Assembly: GCA_038229875.1 (NCBI GenBank)
Contig: JBBROA010000001.1
Span: 1,955 to 65,954 of the forward strand
From: Thermoanaerobaculia bacterium
GTDB lineage: Bacteria; Acidobacteriota; Thermoanaerobaculia; UBA5066; Gp7-AA6
Direction: 5' to 3'
Length of the DNA stretch: 64,000 nt
Under the pieces are notes generated by a model. The model searched no databases, was not told the origin of the DNA, and saw only the letters and a program-made list of their open reading frames with translations. The stretch's first letter is position 1. Every line of letters starts with the position of its first letter. The position numbers and the translations under genes were made by a program. Positions 55,201-63,100 of this stretch are shown here, piece after piece.

Positions 55201-55256
55201 AACGCTCAACGCTCAACGCTCAACGCTCAACGCTCAACGCTCAACGCTCAATGCTG
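55201..55256. repeat. Heptamer tandem array (AACGCTC)x7 perfect + AATGCTG, abutting the rtcB start
   Basis: 49 bp of perfect 7-mer repeats at 55201-55249, with an eighth degenerate unit to 55256. The rtcB ATG is at 55259. Confidence 0.95.
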
Positions 55257-55258
55257 CC

Positions 55259-56443
55259 ATGCCCATCGAAACGGTCTTGAACGCGCGTGTGCCGGTGAAG
55301 ATCTGGACCGACCGGGTCGAGCCGCAGGCCATGGCGCAGCTGAAGAACACGGCCTCTCTGCCGTTCGTCTTCCGGCATGTGGCGGCGATGCCCGACGTCC
55401 ACCTCGGTAAGGGCGCGACCGTCGGGAGCGTGATCGCGACGAGGGGAGCGATCTGCCCGGCGGCCGTCGGCGTCGACATCGGTTGCGGGATGGCGGCACG
55501 GAAGACATCGTTTCCAGCGGAGCGCTTGAACGCCGCGGCTCTCAAGAACCTGCGCGCCTCGATCGAGCGCGAGATTCCCGTCGGCCGCGAGAGCCGCCGG
55601 CAGCCTTTCGAAGATGCCTCGCAGTGGATGGCCGCCCGCGGACGCCCGCATGCCGGCACGGGGCCGCTCGCCGACCGCGCACTCCACCAGCTGGGGACTC
55701 TCGGCGGCGGAAATCACTTCATCGAGATCTGCGTCGACGCGGACGACGGAAAGATCTGGGTGCTGCTCCATTCGGGGAGCCGCAACATCGGGAAAACCGT
55801 CGCGGAGACCCACATCGGGCGCGCCAAAGGAGCGATGAAGCGGCTCTCGCAAAGCCTTCCCGATCCGGACCTCGCGTACTTTCTTTCGGGCACGCGGGAG
55901 TTCGTTGAATATCGCGAGGACCTCGACTGGTGCCAGGACTACGCGCGCCAGAATCGCGACATCATGATGGACAGGGTCCTGCGGCAGCTCGCCTTCGCGC
56001 TCGGCCTCGAAGGGGACGTTTCGCATCTCGGCATCACGCTCTCCGTCAACTGCCACCACAACTACGTCGCCGACGAGGTGCATTTCGGCGAGGCGGTCCT
56101 CGTGACGCGCAAGGGGGCGATCCGCGCGGGAGAGGGAGAGCTTGGGATCATCCCCGGCTCGATGGGATCGAGCTCCTTTGTCGTGCGAGGCCTGGGGAAC
56201 CGTGAATCGTTCGAGAGCGCGCCGCACGGGGCCGGGCGAGCGATGTCGCGCAGCGAGGCGAAGCGGCGGTTCTCGCGCGAGGACGTGGAATCCGAGACGG
56301 CGGGCGTCGAATGCCGGAAGGACGCGGGAGTGATCGACGAGATCCCCTCCTCGTACAAGCCGATCGAAGAAGTGATCGCAAAATCATCCGATCTGGTCGA
56401 GGTCGTGGCACGATTGAAGCAAGTCGTGTGCGTCAAGGGTTGA
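55259..56443 (+). CDS. rtcB: RNA-splicing ligase RtcB (3'-phosphate/5'-hydroxyl RNA ligase)
   Basis: 394 aa with VKIWTD..., AAMPDVHLGKGATVGSV, HSGSRNIG and VNCHHNY. The N-terminus aligns with E. coli RtcB from ATG 55259. The track start 55094 reads through the heptamer array and is rejected. Confidence 0.93.
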   Translation: MPIETVLNARVPVKIWTDRVEPQAMAQLKNTASLPFVFRHVAAMPDVHLGKGATVGSVIATRGAICPAAVGVDIGCGMAARKTSFPAERLNAAALKNLRASIEREIPVGRESRRQPFEDASQWMAARGRPHAGTGPLADRALHQLGTLGGGNHFIEICVDADDGKIWVLLHSGSRNIGKTVAETHIGRAKGAMKRLSQSLPDPDLAYFLSGTREFVEYREDLDWCQDYARQNRDIMMDRVLRQLAFALGLEGDVSHLGITLSVNCHHNYVADEVHFGEAVLVTRKGAIRAGEGELGIIPGSMGSSSFVVRGLGNRESFESAPHGAGRAMSRSEAKRRFSREDVESETAGVECRKDAGVIDEIPSSYKPIEEVIAKSSDLVEVVARLKQVVCVKG

Positions 56444-56462
56444 GAGGAGGACAGGAGGACGA

Positions 56463-56702
56463 ATGGTGAGAACGACGACTGAGCGCCCGAAAAGGAATGC
56501 CGCGAGGGCGGCCGCCGGTGTTTCTTCCGACGCCGTCTCCTTTCATTCGCCGGACCGCTATACGCGCTCCGGCCATACGGTGGGCGACATCTGCTTCGAA
56601 TGCGAGTGCCGGATTTTCGAGATCGGCGGCCCGGAAGGGCTCCTGCTGGCGTGGTGCGAATGCGGGTATCCGGATGACCACGGAGAAATGGAAATCGTCT
56701 AA
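56463..56702 (+). CDS. Small Cys-rich (CxxCxC...CxC) putative zinc-binding protein
   Basis: 79 aa, starting 19 nt after the rtcB stop, with GAGGAGGACAGGAGGA upstream. Contains ICFECECRIFEIGGPEGLLLAWCECGYPDDH. No family recognised. Confidence 0.55.
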   Translation: MVRTTTERPKRNAARAAAGVSSDAVSFHSPDRYTRSGHTVGDICFECECRIFEIGGPEGLLLAWCECGYPDDHGEMEIV

Positions 56703-56859
56703 ATCCTCGCCTACGTCGCCTCCGCTCTCTCGGCGAGCGAGACCTCTCTCGGGACAAGTTCAGCCATCAGCCTGACGGAAGCGCAGCTCCTCCTCTCCCC
56801 GAGCCTGCGGAGAGGGAGGTAACGTCGCGTCAGTCATCAGTCGGTTACACTGTTTCAAC

Positions 56860-57294
56860 ATGCGTTCGGCGCGCAAGGCGCGGTTCGAAGAACCCCTGGC
56901 GGATCCGGCGCAGCCTTCTCTTTTTCCGGAGCTTCCGCCCGCCACGCGGATCCAACCGGCGATCCGGATGACCGAATCGAACGTCGCGCGCACCGTGCCT
57001 CCCGGGATCGCGGGGGTTTATTTCCTGAAGTCCGTCGCCCAGGGGGGCCGTATCGCCGAGCGCGTCGGCCGGGATGACCTGGATCTCCGGCAGCGCCTTT
57101 TGCAGCACGCGCGGGAAGGCGGCGAGAACGTGCTGTTTGGCTGGATACGGGCCGAGGATTCCAACGACGCGTACCGCCTCGAGTGCTATCTCTGGCACGC
57201 GCAGGGCGGCGCCTGGGCGAGCATCGCGGGAGACGCTCACCCTGAGGCCGCGGAACGCATTCCGTTTCTCGGGTGCCCCGACTGCGAGGAGTGA
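56860..57294 (+). CDS. GIY-YIG-like nuclease-superfamily domain protein (divergent)
   Basis: GVYFLKSVAQGGRIAERVGRDDLDLRQRLLQH fits GIY-(x10)-YIG-x-NLxxRL, with YVG changed to RVG. A later AYRLECYLWH supplies the conserved Glu. C-terminal GCPDCEE. The start is uncertain: ATG 56860 or ATG 56968. Confidence 0.5.
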   Translation: MRSARKARFEEPLADPAQPSLFPELPPATRIQPAIRMTESNVARTVPPGIAGVYFLKSVAQGGRIAERVGRDDLDLRQRLLQHAREGGENVLFGWIRAEDSNDAYRLECYLWHAQGGAWASIAGDAHPEAAERIPFLGCPDCEE

Positions 57295-57703
57295 CGGCAG
57301 CCCCGGGCGCGAGCGCCTGGCGTGCCGACCCCAACGCGGGCGGGCGGTTCTCCTCCCGGGAGGAAGCTCGCGCCTCTTTCCCGCTCCTCACCCGCCGGGG
57401 CGCTCCCGTGGTACAGCGGGCGGAGGATCGGGCGGATCCCGAGGTCACGCACCGCGTGTCGTGGCCGCTGCGGCGCATCTTGTCGAACCAGGCGTCCACG
57501 ACCCGGTTGATCGTGCACTCGATACCATCCCGGAGCTCGGGGTCGGCTGACGGGGCTCCGCACCAGGGGCGGTCTGACTCATTGGGCGCCGCCGGCGCTC
57601 CCGCCGAGGGAAAGAGGAAGCTCTCGCGGCAATGACTGCGATGCAGCCCGAGCGTCAACCGGTTTCCCGGCATCGATCTCGCTACCCCCCCGGCCGGGGG
57701 TAC

Positions 57704-57958
57704 ATGGACACAAAATCAGGAAAAGGGATCGATCGCCGACATCTGCAGGGGAACCTGAAGGATCCGACCGGGCTCGACCGGCGCACGACCGACAGTGAGA
57801 CCGGAAATGATCAGCAGATGCCAAACGGCGCGGAGGGGCGGGAGGGCGGCGCGGCGGGCACTTTCACCCGCGGGTCTCTGGAAGGCGAGGAGGCGGCGCG
57901 TCCCGGAGGCGAGCAGGACCCCGAAGAGGTCCGGAACCGGCGGGACGGGAAGAGCTGA
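57704..57958 (+). CDS. Possible small hydrophilic, disordered protein
   Basis: 84 aa from ATG 57704 (MDTKSGKGIDRRHLQGNLKDPTG...). A perfect 7-bp hairpin at 57683-57702 abuts the ATG. No homology recognised, so this is a weak call. Confidence 0.25.
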   Translation: MDTKSGKGIDRRHLQGNLKDPTGLDRRTTDSETGNDQQMPNGAEGREGGAAGTFTRGSLEGEEAARPGGEQDPEEVRNRRDGKS

Positions 57959-58071
57959 GCACCAGCCGGAGGCGGGGATTAGGCGCTGAGACTCGGAAGT
58001 TAGGGTGAGCGCCCGCCAACGATGTCTACGGCGGAGCCGGGAACCGGCGCCGTTTGCCGTTCGCGGGAGCC

Positions 58072-59556
58072 TTAGACCCCGGCGGGGGCGGTCTCCGGCG
58101 CTTCGCGCGGTCGAGCGGGCGCCGGCAGCGGATTCAAACCGAGCTCCTGGTCCTTCTTAGGCAGGATCTCGTCTTTCCAGCAGAGCTCCGGCCGTCCCCG
58201 GACGAGCCGGTCGGCGATTTCGGCCCCCATCTGGACCGAGTGGTCCATGTTTCCGATCTCGTATTTCCACGCCCCGAACCGCCCGCGCGAATAGATGTCA
58301 CGCGACTCGAGCCAGGGCTGGATGACGGAAAGAGCGTCGTCGCGCTCGATCGTGGGAATCGGGTAGGTGTACTCACGTGTGATGAGGTGGGTGTCGACAA
58401 CGTCGTTGCGATCCGCCGGTGAGAGAAGCTTCGTGTTCACGAATCCCTGCAGCACTTCGTCGACCACCGTTTCGAGGTTCACCGGCTTGTACGGCGAGCG
58501 CGAGACCTCGGCGAGCAGAGAGTATTGCCGCGACGCGTCGGGCACGACCTCGGGGGAGTAGTTCGAGAGGTAGGTCGCCCGGTAGAACGGGCAGTTTTCC
58601 TCCGGGAAATACATCCAGCATTTCGTCGTCGGCGACGGCTGGTTGACCCCGACTCCGATAATCGCACTTCCCGAGTGGTGCAGCAGCGAAGTGGCCTCGA
58701 GGATCTGGGACGGCGCATCCGACATCGACTGCACCAGCCGGTCGAGCGGCATCGTGGAGATGAGCTCGTCGTATTCCTCGTCCGAGCCGTCCTGGAGGAG
58801 AACGCGCTTCTTCCGCGCATCGACGCCGGTCACCTGTACGCCGTACCGGATCCGGTCTTCCAGCGTCTCGGCGACGCGCAGGAAGAGCCCGCCCGTTCCT
58901 CCGTGCCGCGGATATTTGAAGGTGTTGTTGGGCCCCCAGGAGACGTCCGCGCGGTTCATGACGACGTTGCCGATCATCCGCTCGAGATCGACCACCGGAA
59001 CGCGCTCGCCGATCCAGTGCGTGCCGAGCATTTTCGGGGGGTGCGCCCAGACCTTGAAGTTGTACGGCATCATGAAGTACTCGGCGATGCCCTCGCCGAA
59101 GACGCCGTGGATGAGCTCCTCGAACGTCCGGTATGAAGGCTTTTCCTGCCCGGATCGGAGCTGCGCCTTCTGGGCGGCGATCACTCCGAGGACGCACTTC
59201 AACACGGCTTCCGGCGGAAGGTCCTTGATGTTGTTCTGGAACGGGTAAGGGAGAAAGCGGTCCATCATCCAGACCCAGGCCTCGCGCTGGAGCTCCTGGT
59301 ATTCGTCGCCGAGCATCCTGTCGAAGAGCTCGTCGAAGTAGCGGAAGTGCGAGAAGAGAACGTGTCCGCCGATGTCGTAGATGAAGCCGTTCGCGCTCGT
59401 CTCGCTCGACGCCAGGCCTCCCGCGCTTTCCCGCCCCTCGAGAACCACGAAATCCTGATGGCCGAGCTCCTTCAATCGGTAGGCGGCCCCGAGCCCGGTG
59501 GGCCCGGCGCCCAGGATCACGATCTTTTTCGACGAACGGTTTTCGGTGTGATGCAC
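58072..59556 (-). CDS. glf: UDP-galactopyranose mutase, eukaryote-type (long, ~500 aa) FAD enzyme
   Basis: 494 aa with ILGAGPTGLGAAYRL, GGHVLFSHFRYFD, LPYPFQNNI, MPYNFKVWAHP, WIGERV, WGPNNTFKYPRHGGTGG, CWMYFPEENCPFYRATYLSNYSP and IYSRGRFGAWKYEIGNMDHS. These follow, block for block, the fungal/kinetoplastid UGM sequences as I remember them. Confidence 0.8.
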   Translation of the reverse strand: MHHTENRSSKKIVILGAGPTGLGAAYRLKELGHQDFVVLEGRESAGGLASSETSANGFIYDIGGHVLFSHFRYFDELFDRMLGDEYQELQREAWVWMMDRFLPYPFQNNIKDLPPEAVLKCVLGVIAAQKAQLRSGQEKPSYRTFEELIHGVFGEGIAEYFMMPYNFKVWAHPPKMLGTHWIGERVPVVDLERMIGNVVMNRADVSWGPNNTFKYPRHGGTGGLFLRVAETLEDRIRYGVQVTGVDARKKRVLLQDGSDEEYDELISTMPLDRLVQSMSDAPSQILEATSLLHHSGSAIIGVGVNQPSPTTKCWMYFPEENCPFYRATYLSNYSPEVVPDASRQYSLLAEVSRSPYKPVNLETVVDEVLQGFVNTKLLSPADRNDVVDTHLITREYTYPIPTIERDDALSVIQPWLESRDIYSRGRFGAWKYEIGNMDHSVQMGAEIADRLVRGRPELCWKDEILPKKDQELGLNPLPAPARPREAPETAPAGV

Positions 59557-60007
59557 AATTCTTCCTCTGAGGGTTCTACCCGTTGGACTTCAGTATCCTC
59601 TGGAGAGCGGCGAAGCGAAAGCGACGGGCGCGAAAGAGCAAGTTCCGGGCCGGTCGCCGGAGAAACGGGCGCCTTCAGTGCCTCTTGCGCGGTCGAGCTC
59701 GGGACCGGACTCCGGAGGAATCGACTTACGGTCGAACGGCAACCGGCCGGGACGCGACGGCCTCCGGGATGAAAACTTCCGCTCGACGTAGGTGCAGCGA
59801 CATTCGAGGCCTCCGGACTGTCCTGGACTCGCCAACGGAAAAGCAACATCGGTAGGTTCGGTGACACGAGCTGGCGCCGGACCGGACCCGCTCTCTCCGC
59901 GTCTGATCGGCGAGTTCGTGATGGGGGGTTCACCGTGCGTGATCCGCGTCCCCGGCCATCCCACCGGAACGGCCGTCACGGAATCGGGAGGCTTTGCTGG
60001 AGCCGCG

Positions 60008-60160
60008 TCAGGCGGCGGCGCAGTCCGGGTGCCCGCAGACGCACATCGGCTCCAGCCTCCCGGACATCTCCATCTCGGCGCAACGGTCGCTGCAGAACTT
60101 CTTGTTCCCGCGTTCGATGCGGGTTTCTTCGCAGCGGCAGCCCTGATGTTCACATTTCAT
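60008..60160 (-). CDS. Bacterial metallothionein (BmtA/SmtA family), 50 aa; absent from the ORF track
   Basis: ATG 60158-60160 is preceded by GGGAGG. Product: MKCEHQGCRCEETRIERGNKKFCSDRCAEMEMSGRLEPMCVCGHPDCAAA, with 8 Cys and 2 His. KCEHQGCRC...FCSDRCAE parallels SmtA KCACEPCLC...YCSEACAD. Confidence 0.7.
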   Translation of the reverse strand: MKCEHQGCRCEETRIERGNKKFCSDRCAEMEMSGRLEPMCVCGHPDCAAA

Positions 60161-60216
60161 GGGGATCCTCCCGGGGGACTTCTACAGCAACAAGAGTGCC
60201 GGGCGCCGGCATTTCC

Positions 60217-60447
60217 TCAGAGCCCCGCGGCGCGGCAGAGGTCGAGGTAGTTCGGCGGTGGCTCCCCCGTCCAGGGAGACCGGCCCGTTCGGGAGGCGTC
60301 GTCCATCCGGCGGAGTACAGCCGTCAGCGACCGCCGCCCGCGCGAGAGCAGAAGGATCGTGGCCAGCATCAGGATCAGGCCGGCGCCGGCGCCGAGTCCC
60401 TGAGCGAATCGGGAAGCCTCTCTCATCGCCCCTCCGCTGGATTTCAC
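60217..60447 (-). CDS. Possible small single-pass membrane protein
   Basis: 76-aa ORF (or 69 aa from MREASRF) with one hydrophobic helix, GLGAGAGLILMLATILLL. It ends 56 nt upstream of the metallothionein gene on the same strand. Confidence 0.3.
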   Translation of the reverse strand: MKSSGGAMREASRFAQGLGAGAGLILMLATILLLSRGRRSLTAVLRRMDDASRTGRSPWTGEPPPNYLDLCRAAGL

Positions 60448-60729
60448 GCTATTCAGACAGAAAACGAGTTTGTTCTGATATGGCGGCGCTCATGTTCAGG
60501 GTTGTATCGCTCGCTCCCTGTTGATTCCGCCTTGGGTCGTTGCACCGGCGTCGCAGCCAGATGCAAAGCGCGTACCTGCGTAGGAAACGGAGAAGTGAAG
60601 AAGTGGCGCGCTCACCGCGAGCGGACCTGCGTTCTTTCGAGATGGTGAGCCGGAGGCGACGTTCGGAATGGCTCTTGCTCTTTGAAGCGCGGGGCGCTTC
60701 TGCCCCCGTTTCCAAAATCGGGAGCCATC

Positions 60730-61026
60730 ATGAGAGACGAACTGGACGATCTGACTCCGCGCGAAGAGAGCGCGGGAAGTCTCGAGGCGGGGCTGTTCGC
60801 GAGCGAGGAGAGCTTCTCCCTCCGGCGTCAGCCCAACACGAAGGACGACGAGGGCTCGAGCGGCGGCACGAACGAGATCTCGGATTCCGGGACGGACGAA
60901 AGCGAAGAGAAAGACGTCGACGAAGAGGACGAGGACGAGGACGAGCTGGTGGAAGTCGGGGAAGACGAAGACGAAGACGAAGACGACGATGACGACGACG
61001 ATGACGACGAAGAGGAGGAGGAATAG
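60730..61026 (+). CDS. Highly acidic small protein ending in a ~50-residue Asp/Glu tract
   Basis: 98 aa from ATG 60730, with GGGAG upstream. It ends ...SDSGTDESEEKDVDEEDEDEDELVEVGEDEDEDEDDDDDDDDDEEEEE. Its stop TAG overlaps the GTG of the next gene (TAGTG). Confidence 0.6.
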   Translation: MRDELDDLTPREESAGSLEAGLFASEESFSLRRQPNTKDDEGSSGGTNEISDSGTDESEEKDVDEEDEDEDELVEVGEDEDEDEDDDDDDDDDEEEEE

Positions 61027-61847
61027 TGTCCCCTCTTCCCTCCAGTCTCCGGCGGCCGATCCAGGCGGCCGTTCTGAAAATCGCGCGTCCGGTCAACGTC
61101 TCGTCGAGTGAGCGCTGGATCTCCGGGATCGCGGGGACCGCGCTCGCGGTCTACGGAATCTCCCGCCGGCGGTTCTGGGGAGGCGCGGTCGCTCTGATCG
61201 GAGCCGGTCTTGCCCAGCGCGGGGCGACAGGCCACTGCGACATCTACGCCGCCCTGGGAATCGACCGGGCCGACAGACGGTCGACGCTGGTCGAAAAATC
61301 CATCACGGTGAATCGTCCGGCCGGCGAGCTTTACCGGTTCTGGCGGAACCTCGAGAACCTCTCCCAGGTCTTCGAGCACGTGGTCGCGGTGACCGAGATC
61401 GACGCCCGCCGGTCGCGCTGGACGGCGCAGGCCCCCGCGGGCGCGACGGTCGCGTGGGAAGCCGAGATTCTGGCCGACCGCGAGGGTGAGGTCCTGGCAT
61501 GGCGGACGCTCGGCGACTCCGACGTTCTCCATCGGGGCTCCGTTCGCTTCCGCCCGGCCGGCGAAGGCCGCGGCACCGTGGTGTCGGTCTCGCTTGAGTA
61601 CGAGCCGCCCGCGGGGAAAGCGGGAGTGGCGATTGCGAAGCTGTTCGGCGAAGAGCCGGAGCGGCAGATCGCCGACGACCTCCGCCGTTTCAAGCAGATC
61701 TGCGAGGCGGGGGAGGTCCCCACAACCGAAGGTCAGCCTTCCGGAAGAGAAAGCGCCAGCGGGAGGAGCCGGTCGGGGCGGAAGGAACCCGCGTCGAAGC
61801 CTTTCCGGCCCCTCCAGGCGCAGTCCGGAACCGGGAGGCCGTCATGA
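61026..61847 (+). CDS. DUF2892 (YgaP-like TM) + SRPBCC/polyketide-cyclase-like domain protein
   Basis: [51 protein letters not shown], followed by [27 protein letters not shown]... Confidence 0.8.
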   Translation: MSPLPSSLRRPIQAAVLKIARPVNVSSSERWISGIAGTALAVYGISRRRFWGGAVALIGAGLAQRGATGHCDIYAALGIDRADRRSTLVEKSITVNRPAGELYRFWRNLENLSQVFEHVVAVTEIDARRSRWTAQAPAGATVAWEAEILADREGEVLAWRTLGDSDVLHRGSVRFRPAGEGRGTVVSVSLEYEPPAGKAGVAIAKLFGEEPERQIADDLRRFKQICEAGEVPTTEGQPSGRESASGRSRSGRKEPASKPFRPLQAQSGTGRPS

Positions 61848-63010
61848 AGGCGCTCTGCTGGTACGGCCGCAAGGACGTGCGCGTGGAGAACGTGCCCGAC
61901 CCGGAGATCCTGGCGCCCCGTGACGCCATCGTGAAGATCACCTCGACCGCGATCTGCGGGTCGGACCTTCATCTGTACGACGGGTTCATTCCGACGATGC
62001 GGCGCGGCGACATTCTCGGACACGAGTTCATGGGAGAGGTCGTCGAGGTCGGAAAGGCGAACACGAGGCTCAAGATCGGCGACCGCGTCGTGGTTCCTTT
62101 CACCATTTCGTGCGGTGGCTGCTTCTTCTGTCAGAAAGGTCTCTTCTCGGCCTGCGACAACACGAACCCGAACGCGGCCCTCGCGGACAAGCTCTACGGC
62201 TATTCGGGCGCCGGAATTTTCGGCTATTCGCATCTGTATGGCGGTTACGCGGGCGGCCAGGCGGAGTACGCCCGCGTGCCGTTCGCGCAGGTCGGTCCGT
62301 TGAAGCTCCCGGAGAATCTGCCGGATGAAAAGGTCCTCTTTCTGTCCGACATTTTCCCGACGGGCTACATGGCCGCCGAGAATTGCAACATCGAGCCGGG
62401 CGACACGGTCGCGATCTGGGGCGCGGGCCCGGTCGGGCAGTTCGCGATCCGCAGCGCGTTCCTTCTCGGGGCGGGCCGGGTGTTCTCGATCGATGACGTC
62501 CCCGAGCGGCTGCGTCTCGCGGAAGAGGGGGGAGCCATCCCGATCGACGACAGCGACGAGGACGTTCTCGAGCGTCTGGATGAGGAGACCGGCGGAATCG
62601 GACCGGATTCCTGCATGGATGCCGTCGGAATGGAGGCTCACGGCAAGGGGCTCCAGGCGGCGTACGACCGGGTCAAGCAGTCGTTGCGTCTCGAGACCGA
62701 CCGCCCGGGAGTGCTGCGGATCGCGATTCAGGCCTGCCGCAAGGGCGGGACCGTTTCGATCCCGGGCGTCTACGGGGGCCTGATCGACAAGGTCCCGATC
62801 GGCGCAGCGTTCGCGAAGGGCATCACGCTCAAGATGGGTCAGACCCACGTTCAGAAGTACCTCCGTCCCCTCTTGGAGCGCGTCGAGAAGGGCGAGATCG
62901 ATCCGTCGTTCGTCATCAGCCATCGCATGTCGCTGGACGAGGCACCGGCGGCGTACTCGATGTTCCGCGCACACGAGGACGGATGCACGAAGGTGGTGTT
63001 GAAGCCCTGA
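61844..63010 (+). CDS. Zn-dependent alcohol dehydrogenase family (glutathione-independent formaldehyde dehydrogenase-like)
   Basis: [47 protein letters not shown], plus GHEFMGEV and GAGPVG. ATGA overlap with the upstream gene. Confidence 0.9.
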   Translation: MKALCWYGRKDVRVENVPDPEILAPRDAIVKITSTAICGSDLHLYDGFIPTMRRGDILGHEFMGEVVEVGKANTRLKIGDRVVVPFTISCGGCFFCQKGLFSACDNTNPNAALADKLYGYSGAGIFGYSHLYGGYAGGQAEYARVPFAQVGPLKLPENLPDEKVLFLSDIFPTGYMAAENCNIEPGDTVAIWGAGPVGQFAIRSAFLLGAGRVFSIDDVPERLRLAEEGGAIPIDDSDEDVLERLDEETGGIGPDSCMDAVGMEAHGKGLQAAYDRVKQSLRLETDRPGVLRIAIQACRKGGTVSIPGVYGGLIDKVPIGAAFAKGITLKMGQTHVQKYLRPLLERVEKGEIDPSFVISHRMSLDEAPAAYSMFRAHEDGCTKVVLKP

Positions 63011-63022
63011 TCTCCTCTCGCC

Positions 63023-63050
63023 CGCAGGGGTCGGACGGTCAGCCCCTGCG
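63023..63050. terminator. Perfect 8-bp hairpin between convergent genes
   Basis: cgcagggg-(12 nt)-cccctgcg, 13 nt after the ADH stop. Confidence 0.55.
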
Positions 63051-63100
63051 CGCGAGGATTTGGATCAGTCGTCCGGGGTTAACTGAATCGAAAGCGGCGT

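Noticed and set aside
55094-55258. N-terminal extension of rtcB through the heptamer array, which would encode TLNAQRS TLNAQRS TLNAA.
   Set aside because: Homologous RtcB proteins begin at the position of ATG 55259. The extension is Arg-rich junk, and the repeat is better explained as non-coding.
56855-57673. 272-aa minus-strand ORF antisense to the GIY-YIG-like gene.
   Set aside because: Only ~40 residues look protein-like, and those are reported separately as a low-interest finding. The rest is Arg-rich, and its length is due to the lack of stops.
59557-60007. A 450-nt gene-free stretch between the metallothionein and glf genes, examined as a possible structured RNA (RNase P, tmRNA, SRP, riboswitch).
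   Set aside because: None of the hallmark strings I know are present (GAGGAAAGUCCGGGC, the tmRNA 5' GGGGCUGA / 3' tRNA-like end, the SRP GGAA/AGCA loop). There are only scattered TCCGGA palindromes. I cannot support an RNA call without a covariance-model scan.
59590-60153. 187-aa minus-strand ORF from the track.
   Set aside because: Its product is low-complexity Ala/Arg/Pro/Ser junk. The same DNA encodes a convincing 50-aa metallothionein in another frame, with a good ribosome-binding site.
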